Assembly: GCA_937625935.1 (NCBI GenBank)
Contig: OW569368.1
Span: 62,001 to 126,000, forward strand
DNA: 64,000 bases
Direction: 5' to 3'
From: Tetramitus jugosus
Lineage: Eukaryota; Protista; Heterolobosea
Shown here: positions 11,125 to 23,346 of the stretch, piece by piece
Numbering within the stretch: position 1 is the first letter of the stretch
Layout of the letters: each line of letters opens with the position of its first letter
Translations under genes and position numbers: made by a program
Notes under the pieces: generated by a model
The model's database searches: none
What the model was told of the DNA's origin: nothing
What the model saw: only the letters and a program-made list of their open reading frames with translations

Positions 11125-13410
11125 ATGTTAAATCCTGAATTTGGTGATCTTGATCTTTCACTGGTGTTAGACGACCATTTCTTCAGTGAACCATCAAACA
11201 ACGAACATGAAATGAGCTCAAATCACAATAACACGACGAGTGCAATGATAATACCTCCTCTGACTCAACAACAACTTATCAACCCAACAACCACCACTAC
11301 CACCACAACTGCCTCCATCAATCCATTTGATTACTTTGCTCAACAACAACAACAACAACAATTGTATCATTTCCAACAACAACAGCAACAACAGCAGCAA
11401 CAACAAATCACACAACAACAACAACAAGTTGCTGCAGCTGCAGCCGTCGCTTTTGATGCATACATGGCCAATCAATACAATGCTCTCTCTTCCCTGTACT
11501 CTGTTCAACAACAACAACAACAACAACAAGTACCATCATTTCATCCTCATCAACAACAACAACATCATTCCATCATGAACAATACCATGTATGGTATCTC
11601 TCCATCCATGATGATTCTCAACAACAACAATGAGTCATCACCTAGTCCCACCAACAGTACAACCAGTAGCAGTAGTGGTAGTATGGGTGGTGAACAACAG
11701 GGATTAACTGACATTTCCGATGCTTCCAATCACTCTCATCACACGCCATCTCCTACCACTACCTCCTCCACTACTACTCTATCACCACGCTATCATCATC
11801 ATCTTCATCATCAACAAGAGTGTTCAGAGAGTGAAGATGCGTGTGGAACCACAACAGCTCGTCCATCCAAGCGCAAAAAGCACAAGAGAGAACCACAAGA
11901 GATTGATGAAGACACGAGGGAATATGAACGATTGTCTCTCATACCCAACAGTCAACTCAGCACAGAAGACAAGAAACGAAAGAAGCAGTTGAGAAATCGA
12001 TTGAGTGCACAACAATCGAGACAACGAAAGAATACACTGCTCCAATCTGCACTGGACGAGAATCATGAACTCAAGAAGCACAATGAAACACTGGAGAATG
12101 ACAATCGAATCTTGAAATTGCGTGTCAAACAATTGGAAGACACCAATGATCACTTGGAACAGAAGAATAAGCAACTGGAGAAGGAATTGAAAGAGTATAG
12201 AGTGACTGATTTGATGAACACTGGAAGTAGCAGTACTCCTACTCATGGTACAGCTGTCAATGATGATGATGTGATGCTCGAGGAAAATGTACAGGATTTG
12301 TTCATGAGACCATTGTCACCTTCACACTCTGGACTCATGGATCACTTGTTTGATTTCAGTGGTACGAGTACTACTAGTAGTAGTGCTACCATGAGATCAA
12401 CCACAAAAATGTACATGCTCGTGTTCCTTGTTGCTTGTGCTTGCATCTTCTTTGGATTCAACACACTGCTCACAAGGTACGACATGAACAAACGATCGGC
12501 CAATCAATTGAATCATGCATCACCTCGAATGAGACTGTTGCAAGTGAATCACTCTGGTCCATCCGGTCAAGTCTCACCTCTTCCATCCTCTTCTGAATCC
12601 TCTTCATCTTCGGTATCATCATCCATGAACGAGTCATATGAGAATATCATTGTTGACTCGTATGTTCCAAGAAGAAGAGCGTCAGCCAAGCGTCTACCAA
12701 TGGAATTCAATGGTCATTTGATGAGTGAGCAAAAGGTTTACGTTCCAGCAGAGCTCAATCAACAGTACATGACTGAAGAGATGTTGCACTCTGTGATTCA
12801 CCACATGGACGTTGACGCTGCCTCTCCGAACGCCATACACGAAGAAAAAGACGAGTTTGTTCAAGATGTTCATGTTGATGAGACAAATCAACAAGAAGAA
12901 CAACCATCGGAGCTCATTTTGACAAACAACCAACAATCAAAGTTGGCCCTTGTCGAGAGAACAAACGCAAAGCAACTCTCTCTGATTCCGTTGGCTCTGA
13001 GCACACGTGACTCGAACAATTTCCTGTTCAAGCATCTCAAGGATGACGCCTACCAGCAGGGATATCTCTATCAGTTGCCAGATGACAGTGGCTCAAATCA
13101 ATCGAACAACACTGTTCGTCTTTTCTGTCCTCAAATCTTCCCAATGATTACTCAGACCTCTACTGTCGAAGGTGGTCAGAACTTGAGCCAGACAATCGAA
13201 GATGCCATGTCCTCCAAAGGATGTATCAAGTTTGTTGTACCCATTGGCAGCGAACAGTTTATTGACAAGGATGGAATTGCTGTTAGAGTGGTTCGACTGG
13301 CTGAGATTAGTGCCAGCGATATCAAGCTGACAGACTCTTATCTCTCATTGCGTTCGGATGAGCAACCTATTGTCGTACCAGCAGAGCCTCTCAGCTCCAG
13401 TGGTCTGTAA
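11125..13410 (+). CDS. Membrane-tethered bZIP transcription factor (ATF6/CREB3/bZIP28-type architecture)
   Basis: Q-rich N-terminus, bZIP (KKRKKQLRNRLSAQQSRQRK plus Leu heptads), single TM (MYMLVFLVACACIFFGFNTLL) and downstream RMRLL. Likely ATG at 11125; the frame is open from 10918. Confidence 0.85.
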   Translation: MLNPEFGDLDLSLVLDDHFFSEPSNNEHEMSSNHNNTTSAMIIPPLTQQQLINPTTTTTTTTASINPFDYFAQQQQQQQLYHFQQQQQQQQQQQITQQQQQVAAAAAVAFDAYMANQYNALSSLYSVQQQQQQQQVPSFHPHQQQQHHSIMNNTMYGISPSMMILNNNNESSPSPTNSTTSSSSGSMGGEQQGLTDISDASNHSHHTPSPTTTSSTTTLSPRYHHHLHHQQECSESEDACGTTTARPSKRKKHKREPQEIDEDTREYERLSLIPNSQLSTEDKKRKKQLRNRLSAQQSRQRKNTLLQSALDENHELKKHNETLENDNRILKLRVKQLEDTNDHLEQKNKQLEKELKEYRVTDLMNTGSSSTPTHGTAVNDDDVMLEENVQDLFMRPLSPSHSGLMDHLFDFSGTSTTSSSATMRSTTKMYMLVFLVACACIFFGFNTLLTRYDMNKRSANQLNHASPRMRLLQVNHSGPSGQVSPLPSSSESSSSSVSSSMNESYENIIVDSYVPRRRASAKRLPMEFNGHLMSEQKVYVPAELNQQYMTEEMLHSVIHHMDVDAASPNAIHEEKDEFVQDVHVDETNQQEEQPSELILTNNQQSKLALVERTNAKQLSLIPLALSTRDSNNFLFKHLKDDAYQQGYLYQLPDDSGSNQSNNTVRLFCPQIFPMITQTSTVEGGQNLSQTIEDAMSSKGCIKFVVPIGSEQFIDKDGIAVRVVRLAEISASDIKLTDSYLSLRSDEQPIVVPAEPLSSSGL

Positions 13411-13460
13411 GTGGAATGTATATAAAACTTTTTGCTTTTATCGAATTTTTTTATCAGACT

Positions 13461-15489
13461 TTACAATTCTGCATCGAGTAATGGGTTGTCCAGCATATTG
13501 TCATCGTCGTTCTGAATGTTATTTGCATGTTTCCTCTTCCTGGACAAGAGACCCCTCTTCCCTCCAATCCAAAAGTGATCTTGAAACAGTGGATAGAGAC
13601 CTCTCCTGAAGTTAATTGTCACAACAATGGACCAGGCAATCAAAAGAAACCGGATAAACAGTGCTAGCGAGATAACTGTCGTCAGGATGGCCTTTAGTTC
13701 AACAACATCAACTGCCATGTCTGCAGGTTGTCTAATGGCTGCCTTGTCCGTCCACAAGTCCACAATCTTGAAGATGAGATAGCCAGGCAAACCCAAACAA
13801 AATACAGTGAATAATATCTGAATAACGTGGTACTCCCTCTGTACTCCGAGGTATACTGATAATGGGTTCGCTATGATTGAAGAGACGACGCCCACAGCAA
13901 AACCAACATAACTGTACCACCAGGCTGTAATATTGCGAAACAAAGAAGAGTGTTAATCAATAGGCTTGGCATAATTGCCTTCTGAAATAGTTACGATACT
14001 TACTAAAATTAATGAAGAACAATCCTGATACAAATAATGAAACCAATGATAGACAATCAATCTTAATCATTGTCACATAAATGATATAGCACCGGTAAAA
14101 CTCTGTTACTTGTGTGTTAGATTCACTGATCATTAATCATCGATCAAAATACAATCTTAATCGATGGAACTACTTACTAATCAACTCTGGAGAGGCACCA
14201 ACCATTCTATAAAACTTCCATCCAAACGAGCGAAACACAGGTATCACAATTAGCACCATTACTACCTGACACAATAGAACTGTAGAGGTTGGCACAAATA
14301 TAGTAAATGAATTCACCAATATATCACTCGTACTCGGTTTGCTCTTCGTCATTTCGATAATAACCTTAACGAGCGTGTAAACTGTTCGACATCCGACAAG
14401 AAACCCTGTAATCAACGAACCAGCCAACTGGAACTCATTCTCCTGTATGACAGCCTCAAATGAGAAGTACAGCATGAGCAACGTAATAAAAATCATGAGG
14501 GAGTTCAGATAATAATTAGAATAGGAGGGCAGTGTTCTCATGCCATTCACGACCAAACCAGAAGTACATTGAACAATAACAGCTACAGTATAGATAAACG
14601 CCACTGCAAGATACAATTTTCCCCATCGACTAATGTCTCTCACAGTGTTCCTTCCCATGGTAAACCACTTCTTGACAGCTGTCGTGGACGATCCTTGTTG
14701 AACGTGTCGCTGTCCATTCACAACTACAATTTTACACAAACATGTCAGTTAGCTACAACGAAAAAAAACTCTCCATTACAAAAACAAAAACTGTCTATCC
14801 TCCGTTTAAAATACCGTACTTATTGTCGTATTTGCCGTAATCGCTTCAATCGAAAGTTCTTCTTCCGCTGGCACACTATTGTTCGCTTTCGAAATGTTAG
14901 CATGAATGCCACCAGAAGATCGCACAGTCTCTCTATATTCACGGTTAGACAGTCCACTCATATCGTTGTCATCGTTATCATCATTACCATGATAAGAAGG
15001 ACTATTATGGTATCTATTCTCTATTTGCTCTCGTTCATCATCATCATAGTCACCATTGTCCTTTTCTCTTCGTTTCGGTTTTCTTGTCTTCTTCGAGGAG
15101 GAACTAGACGACGATTTGGAGCTCTGCTTCTTTGAGAGATCCAAACCTAATGTCTTACTACTACCACTACTACTACCAATATTGTTGTGACTTTGTTCCA
15201 CAACAGTCGTTTTCGTAGTCATAGCTTGTGAAGAGGTGGTGTTGGAGTGTCCTTTTCGTTCTACCACTTTACTGGTCACAGTCGTACTAGTACGACTCTG
15301 ACTGACAGATGATGTGGAATAACTGCTGCTCATATCATCAGTAGTCACATCATCACCATCACCATAATCATCTTCTGTCAAAATCTTCTCTAGTTTCTTC
15401 TCCTCACGTTTTCTTCTCTTGTCCTTCTTGTTCTTCTTGTTCTTCTTGTCGCCATCAGACTTATGAGTGTTGTTGCTGCTGCTGCTCAT
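13461..15489 (-). CDS. Multi-pass membrane protein, UPF0658 (Golgi membrane protein)-like, multi-exon
   Basis: Track ORFs 14806-15489, 14170-14739 and 13461-13943 are separated by intron-like gaps. ENEFQL and FGWKFYRMVGA resemble UPF0658 family motifs. Exon boundaries were not all resolved. Confidence 0.6.
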
Positions 15490-15793
15490 GTGTATTTAGT
15501 ACTAATAATTTATTGATTGATTGAGCCTCCTGAGCCTTGGCAGGAGATGAGTTCGTTGGTGTGCAGTGGTTTGTTGTTCTTGTATGATGGAAGTCTTCCA
15601 GTGAGATAGTTGTCCGGTTGAATTCATCCCTTGAATTCATCCTTCCAGAAACGATCAGGGCAGAAAAAGGCAAATCAATTCATGTTCTTGTCAGAGTGTT
15701 CAGAAACTGAAAGGAACAACGAATCGGAGCAGAAAAGACGGAGAAAAAAAGAAACAAACTTTCTATTGATTGAAGAGTTTATAGGAACACAAT

Positions 15794-16531
15794 TTAATAT
15801 CCGTATTGGGCCAATTGAGAAACAACCTTTTGGAAGTCGCTGTTGGAAGCGCTCTTTTGTTCAGCTTGCTTCCAGAGGTTTGCCTTAGCAACAGTCTTCT
15901 TATAGAAAGCAACACCAATCTTCTTTCTTTCAGCTTCTTGTTCAGCAACAACAGCAGCGTACTTCCAGCCAAACTTGACAGCCAAATCACCGAGCTTGGT
16001 GACTGGGGACTCTGGCTTCAAAGCAACAACTTGCAAAGCGGATGGAACAATAGCTCTCTTCTTCTTTTGGTAGAGAGTTGGGACACCCTCGAAAACTTGG
16101 ATTCTTTCCAAAGCTTCCATTCCCTTAGTTGTCTTATATGGGATCATACCTCTGACCTTTCTCAAGAAAATGTTAGCTGGGGATCTGTGGTGGAATGGAC
16201 CTCTTCTTGGGTTGGTGATTTGGGTCTTTCTCAAGAACTCTTTGAAGATGTTTTCGTTTCTTCTCATTGGACCAGAGATAAGGATGTTCTCACATCTGAC
16301 GACAACAATCTTTTGTCCTTGGAGAGCAGCCTTGGCGACGGTCGATGCCAATCTACCTGCAATGTGCTTGCTTCCGTCAATAATGATGGTCTAATTAATT
16401 CAACAAGAAAAATCAAATGTTAATATCATGATGTCTGGAGGAATTTGTGACAAGGAGGAGTGTTGTTCGGGTAGTTGACAATCTCTCCCAAGAAAAACTG
16501 TGCGTGTGGGGATAGGTACCTTGTTTGACAT
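15794..16531 (-). CDS. RPL13A: 60S ribosomal protein uL13 (L13a/L16), 2 exons
   Basis: Exon 1 MSNK (16531-16520), intron 16519-16391, then TIIIDGSKHIAGRLASTVAK...VVRCENI...RGPFHHRSP...VRGMIPYKT. Confidence 0.95.
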
Positions 16532-16745
16532 GGTTCACAATAGTAATGATTTTTGACTTGGTTTCGTTTGTGTTTAGTTTTTGTTTTTGCGATTTCTTTC
16601 GGTTGACTAAAGTTTGCCAACCACCCTTCAACGGCGGCATTGAATGTTCAAGCAAAAAATTCGGATGTGAAAAAGCAAGACACCCAAAGATTGATTGGAC
16701 CCATGCATGATCTAGAAGAATAAAGTCTTTTACTCAGTTTATATG

Positions 16746-19661
16746 TTAGATGGATGGAGGTGGCGCTAGACCCTTGTTTAGCAATTTCATTGGTGGTGGA
16801 GGTGGCGGAGGTGGTGGTGGTCCTCCACTGTTGCTGCTCGGTGCACTGATCGTCGAAGAAAGTGACGGCATAGGCGGAGGTGGTGGTGCCGCTATTGGTG
16901 CTCGTGGAGCTGCTGGAGGAGGAACTGGAGGAGCAGTTGGTGTCTTCAATGTTGACTCCCATTCTTCATCTCCGGTCGTAGCCAAGTGCGTATCTTGCAA
17001 TGGCAAATCATAGTTGTATTTGCTTGCAGAAGGTTTCTTCACTTCTTCACTCTGTCTCAAACCTGCCTTGATGATGCTTGGCGCAATATCAAAATCCCAT
17101 CTTCCGATTTCTCCTGCCTTGAGCGCCACAATTCTTGACCGTAGTGCCATGGCGAGCTCGATGATGAACACGATCACACCTACAACAATACCAACGTAGA
17201 ATGTTGTGAGAACAATGGATCGACTCATCTCCATGTAGCTCGCATTAAAGCTATCAGAGTCAGACACGTAGGCCATGAGTCCCAAGATGAGCATCAAGTA
17301 TTGAAGGATGAGCAAGAATGCGTCCAACAATGTACTTGTGACTCTTCTGTAGGGAAATGCAGTCAATGTGCTGGCCAATGACAAGATGATGATGATGGAA
17401 GTGACTACCACTGCTACAATAGGTCTCATTGGGATGTAAGCTACACAAAATACAATCAGTATCTTTCTCAGGAGAACAATTATCTCCCAGAAGAAAAAGT
17501 TTCGCTTGTATCTGTAGTAGAGCCATCCGACGGCACGAACGGTGCCGGGCCATGACTCAAATGTGAAATTTTCAATTTCATCTTCAGAATTTGACTGTTG
17601 TTGCTGTTGCTGTTGTTGTTGTTCCATCTTCTCTTTCTTGTTCATGATCTTGTGTTGATTGATCACTCTTGAGAGGCCAAGTGCCATATATACGGCCAGA
17701 GGCAACAAGAAACATACAATGATCACATAAATGGCCAATGCCAACCAGAAGAATACTTCGTAGGCACGGAATGTGACACTCTTTTTTCTTGAACAAATGA
17801 TATCGGTTGACCAGTAGTGTCGCCTCACGTGCGTGCCAACACTACTTGCTTCACAGCTCTGAAAGCTAAAGATCCATTGGAAAAGATAAACGGAGCCATT
17901 GTGAATAATAAAGGACAGGATTGAACCTGTAGAGTACTGAACAACTCTCTTCCATGGGTCCCAATCTTGATATCGACACATGATGAATATCATGGAGACG
18001 AGCAGCATGATAAATATGAGTCCTAACAGGTATCCCACCGGTATGAGAATCATGACCATGAACTCACCAAAGAATGAATAGTCACTGATACATTCTGTTC
18101 TTAGCGTTTGAATATTGAGGTTCAGCAATGAAAAGGTAGCCAAGTTGTCCAAAATCACACCATCCCAATTTAGATGGAAGCTAGCAAACAAAACAGAGAC
18201 TACATGAAGGATGGAAGTGTTAGTAAACATGAGCAGAATCAAACATTGGAGTTAAAAAAACTACATACTCTGAATAAAGTTTAAAAGAACCGAGAAGGAT
18301 GGCACATAAGTGTTGAGCCATGACATTGGTATCAACAGAACCCATATCACCAATAGTCCAAACACATAGGCCGCAATGGCAGTTCTATTGGCATGAAGAT
18401 TGCCACACTTCAAACAACGTTCACCAATCTTGAAGAATCCACTTTTACACTGACCACACATGTATCCCTTGTATCCAGCAGCACACAATCCATTGATCAC
18501 ACCTTGTTCAGTAGTGTTTGATGATGATGAACCATTGTTTGCTGTAACAGAGAGAAGAGAAATTTCTCTTGTAGAGTCATAGTACGAACTAGATTCATCC
18601 ATTGTGAACAATGGTCTTCCTTGATCATCAAAGAATTGATGCTTGCAGGCATCTTCGTTCACACACTTCACAAACTTGTGAACTGTTTTGCCCTTCACTG
18701 TGGCAACCAATGGATAATAGCCATCCATAGGAAGCACTGTTGAGTTATTGGTTTGCAAGTCATAGATACACTGAGCTCCCGTAGGACACGACACACAACT
18801 AATACTTGAGCTATCATCACTATTCTCACTATTCTCACTCTGGATAATAATACCAGAATCAACTTGATTTGTGCCATTTGCAGTCGAAAGTGTTGTAGAC
18901 AGATAATTTTCATTGTAATAACCGTCCATACAGATGCATCGCTCCATCAAAAAATTCGATCTTCTCGAGTTGCTTGGACAAGACTCACATGCAAATGCTG
19001 GTGAAAGCTTCTTTGTTGATTCGATATGAGTGAGTGGACATCGATAGGAAACGGAAACGGCCAATGTTTCTTCAAATGCGACAAATTTGTTGCCACTGGA
19101 GCTCGAAAGTGAAGAGCGAGTAGTTTGTAAATGGGTCGTTGTTAAATGAGATTGATATTGAGTTTCCCATTCATCTCCACCCATGACCAACAAACTTGAA
19201 GTCGAAGCTGTAGCGATATCATCTTCTGACAGTGACAGGCACGCCAAGACGGAAAATTCAGATTCAACGACTTGATTGAATCGGGCATTCCAAACAAGCA
19301 AGGCGTTTCCAGTCGTGGAGCGACGTTGTTCCAATAGTTCAACATCTCCCTCCTCACCCAGGATTTCAATACTCCAATTTCGATAGGAAACTGTCGATGT
19401 TGTCTCCACAGAGACGAATGATATGGAGATTGTTCCTCCGACATCGGGGAAAAGTTGATAAGGGTCACTACCTGAGCGTCGTAGTGAGATGGTGAAGCAG
19501 GAGGGATCAAGCACAGTCATGTTATGTGAGAGTGGAATTAATTTCGTGTCATGATTAGAAAAAAAGGTCAGCTGTTGCTGTTCGTGTGAGACGTGCACGA
19601 GACACAAGATTGTTCCAACGAGCAATAACGCCGTGTACACTAGGTAGAGTAAACGGCTCAT
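16746..19661 (-). CDS. Cys-rich ectodomain multi-TM receptor-like protein with polyproline tail, 2 exons
   Basis: Signal peptide, CxxCP/CxC repeats (CESCPSNS, CVSCPTGAQC, CAAGYKGYMCGQC), then many TM helices with a YKRNFFFWEIIVLLRK motif and a PPPPP C-terminus. Short intron at about 18200-18266. Confidence 0.75.
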
Positions 19662-19784
19662 TATTATTTTTTGAATGGGTTTGTTTGTTTGTTTGACAGG
19701 GAGATTGGAAAACGGGGATTATGGAATTATTTTGTTTGTGGGGGGATGGTAACCCGTCATGTGTCATGTAGCACACAAGAAGAT

Positions 19785-22700
19785 CTACTGCTGTTGTGAC
19801 TGTCCTGTTGAAGACAAGAATTGGAGGAGGGAGCCCTTCTTTTTGGGTTGCTGAGAGTTAGAATCCTCTCTCTTTCTCTTCTTTTGGACTTCTGCAACAT
19901 GAGATTTTCTGGGTCGTTTTGGTGAGAAGAAGCCAGCATCCTCAACAGTCTTCTCAGGTTCGGCAGTGGTCGAACTTTCAAGGTGTTCAATCGATGTAAC
20001 AATAGAGATGGGTAGTGGTTTCTCGTGTACGACAGGTTGAACGATGCGAGTTTCAATTGCTTGAAGTGCTTGTTCCATCTTGAGTAATTGCTGTTTTAAG
20101 CTCAATACCTGCGATTCTAATTGTTGTATCCGTGTGACATCTACTAATTGCTTGTGTTCCGTGCTTGAACTTGCTTGAGGAGCCGATCGCTTAATAGGTA
20201 GCAAGGCATCCAGGTTGATGCTTCGCGTCGTGCAAGCCTTTCTCAGGGCTTCTATTGTCGATTCATTTCTTATGTAAGGCACCAGAAAACGAAGAATATC
20301 GGCATTGAATCGTTTCTTGTCATCCACCAAATCATACAAGAACATAAAGAGGGTTCGGTCAGCCTTTTTGAAATCTACGTCCTGCCCAAATATTTCTCGC
20401 TGTCGTTCAGAGTCTGTATGAGTGAAAGTAAGTGTAAATTAGTAATTATTATCACGTAATGTCAAGTAAATAGGTTGACTTACAATATTGTACAAAGAAT
20501 GCGTTGAGCGGTTTCTTTTTTTCGTCAAGTCCAACTGTTTCGAGCTGTTCTGAAGCAAAGGGAAATGTAATGTCCTTGCTGTTTTCGATTGCCTCTGCAA
20601 ATGAATTCTCAGAGTCCTTCTTGACATAGAAGATCTTCTGATCTGAAATGTACACGACATCAGACAGCTTTGGAAGTGGCTCCGATAATGCTGGGACCCA
20701 TGCATCCAAATGCGAAATAAATACAGCCACAGATTGTGCGGACTGGATAGCAGGGAAGCCGGCAATCGAGAAACCAACCCAATCAATTGTTAATGGATGA
20801 CCAAATGGCAATCGTTCATGTTTCAACATGCGTGAATTTTTCACGTCGTATAGCTGGAACCATAACTTTTGATCTTCATCAGCATACACCACTAGTAGGA
20901 AGTTTCTATGGGCGACAAGGCAAAAGGCTACACCTGGTAATAGTTGCACGAATGTAGGAAGACCAGATACACAATCAAAAATGTGCACCCGATGTTGATT
21001 CGTACCAAATACAGTTGCTGCAGCGACAAATCCACTATCGCCACTATATCCAGCTGCTACGCATCTCACATGTTCATCTAATCCCATCATATATCGCCAT
21101 TGCTTTTGTCCTCTTCCGTTTGGTTTGTAGTAAACTGTGGCTGGAAGAACAATTAGTTCACGAAGTCCCTGTTTTGACCGCTTGCCCGAGGCGAATACAG
21201 CTCCATGCTCTGAAAGAGCAGCTACATGTGGTTTATACAGATCGTCATAGCTCTGATGACCACCCATCGTCACATCAGAGAGAGAGATTTCGATTGAATA
21301 AGAGTCCATTTGTCCTGCACCGTATGTGGCACGGATCTTGCCAAGTGATGAGTAGGACATTAAACGAGAGAATTTAGCACCACCACGTGGCATAAACTCA
21401 GTTGAGCCGGGTTGGAGCGCTGTGACTTTAGCTGAAGTAGCATAATCACTATCTGTTTGTGGCTTCTCTACCGTAGAAATAGTAATTGGTGATGCCATTG
21501 GAGATGGAATAATGGTGATTACTTGTTCTTGCGAAGCCTTTTTCAGCTTTAAAGGAGTGTTGTTGACTGGTGGGGACATTGGTTCCACATCATTTAGGTC
21601 AATAGTTTCTTTTTGTTTCCTTTGTTGTTGTTGGCTACTCTCCTTTTGAGATTGAGATAAATTTTTGTTCTTTACAAGTCTTCGTGTTGTCTTCTTCGGT
21701 AATGCTGGGACAGTAGTTTCTTCTCTGTCTTCTCCTTCGTCGACACTTTCGTCATCGCTCATTACCACCTCCATGAGATCACTGGCACTCGTAACAGAAG
21801 GAGAAGCTTCCTCCGTATCTGATTCATCATTAAATGACATCACTTTTTCAAGGAGTGACTCATTGTTGGATATTTTGTATGCTGATCCAACACAAACCGG
21901 AATGTCCAACAATTGACACTTTCCATTCAATGTAGTCTAAAGCGAGAGTGTTCCATTAGCATACAAATCAACAAAGTACATGTAAATATCAATCTTCATT
22001 CGTTAACATACCATATAAATTTGATTGGTATTAGAGGACCAATGAGCATCGACGATGATGGAGTCTGTAGTATAACTGTTGCAAATGAATAGGTAAGTAA
22101 AATGGCAAGCTGTGGTAGAAAAGCTATCACCAACAATGATACATACGATACAATTTGAGTCTGATCCTTAATGTTTTGAGTTGAAGTATCCAGAGCAAAT
22201 ACAAGCAAACCGCTCTTTGCTGACACTGTCATCAGATAAACACCATTCGGTGAGAATTTGGCAATATAAGGAGAGTCAATAATCTCTTGTGTAATTTGAC
22301 ATTGCTTTGTCCATTCATTCCTTGTGAGTATAGAGACTTGATGATTGTTGTACAAGGGAACAGCAATAGTTCTTCCTTGGGGATACCAGGTATAGCTGAT
22401 CGGAGGTCGTACATTTCTTGTTTTGTCGTCACTCGTCCATTGTTTAAGAAATTGTTCGGCCATTCTGTTTCCTCCCTTAAAGTTTTCGCAGTGAAGTTGT
22501 CTTGGGTGATCTGTTGTCACATCGTACCACACAACAAAATGGTTCAAATCTGTCGAGATGGCAGCAAAGTACTGTTTCATCGGGTCAAAGCTACAACCAA
22601 CAAAACCACAACCGGTCTTCTCTGCCATGTCTGTGCATTGAAGCTTCGAGATCTTATCTGGTTGGTCCAAATGAATCAAAAGAATATGGTTTTGCTTCTC

Positions 22701-23242
22701 AAAACAAACTGCCAACAATCTACCATATGGTCCATTGAATTCCAAACGAGTGACCTGACCGGAAACAACAGTCAACAACTCTGTAAACCTATCAACATGT
22801 TGCTCCTGTTTGTTGTCTCCAATATTCAATGCACTGTCTGGTATGGGGAAAGAGTAGAGAGATGACTTGGATAGTTCCTCCTTGTACACAGAGACGACAA
22901 TGGTGCGATCACTGAGAGCCATGGCATCAATCTGACCTGGAGCTTCAATTGTGCACAGAAGCTTGTTGTTTGAGGCTGATTCGTCTGTTCCAACAACATT
23001 GGATTGTTCTTGTTGTTGTGGTAGTAGTGCCTGCTTGGCGTAGACAAACACATTGGAACCAGATGACAAAACAATTAAGCTAAAGTGTGACGTTTGTGTG
23101 AGATGGAAAACTTTTCTGTTTGCAAGAAAGAAACGCTGTCGCCATCTGTTACTTACTTGGCATCATGGTTCACTTCCATTTGACTGAAACAAACACTTGT
23201 TTGCTGCGGTATGAGCTCCGTTGCCCTTGCTTCAACAATCAT
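19785..23242 (-). CDS. WDHD1: CTF4/And-1 (WDHD1)-like replisome hub, multi-exon
   Basis: N-terminal WD40-like propeller, acidic linker and SepB-type motif LQPGSTEF...RLMSYSSLGKI...IEISLSD. ATG at 23242 with a gtaagt donor at 23156. Four track ORFs joined by putative introns. Confidence 0.7.
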
Positions 23243-23346
23243 TTTGTTATTTTTTGTCACAACAAACTGTTTTGGGCGGGAGAAATGGGCGCCAAAAAGA
23301 TATCAAGAAAAACACGTTCTTGGACTGGGTCCTAAATAAGTCTTCA

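Noticed and set aside
11300-11570. CAA/CAG tandem repeats here and at 37.9-39.6 kb and 52.6-53.1 kb
   Set aside because: Coding microsatellites for polyQ/N tracts, not CRISPR or satellite arrays.
15806-16423. 205-aa plus-strand ORF and similar antisense ORFs throughout the track
   Set aside because: These are shadow frames of real opposite-strand genes (RPL13A here).
16391-16519. Possible intronic snoRNA in RPL13A
   Set aside because: No C/D boxes on the sense strand and only a weak hairpin; not supportable without a covariance search.
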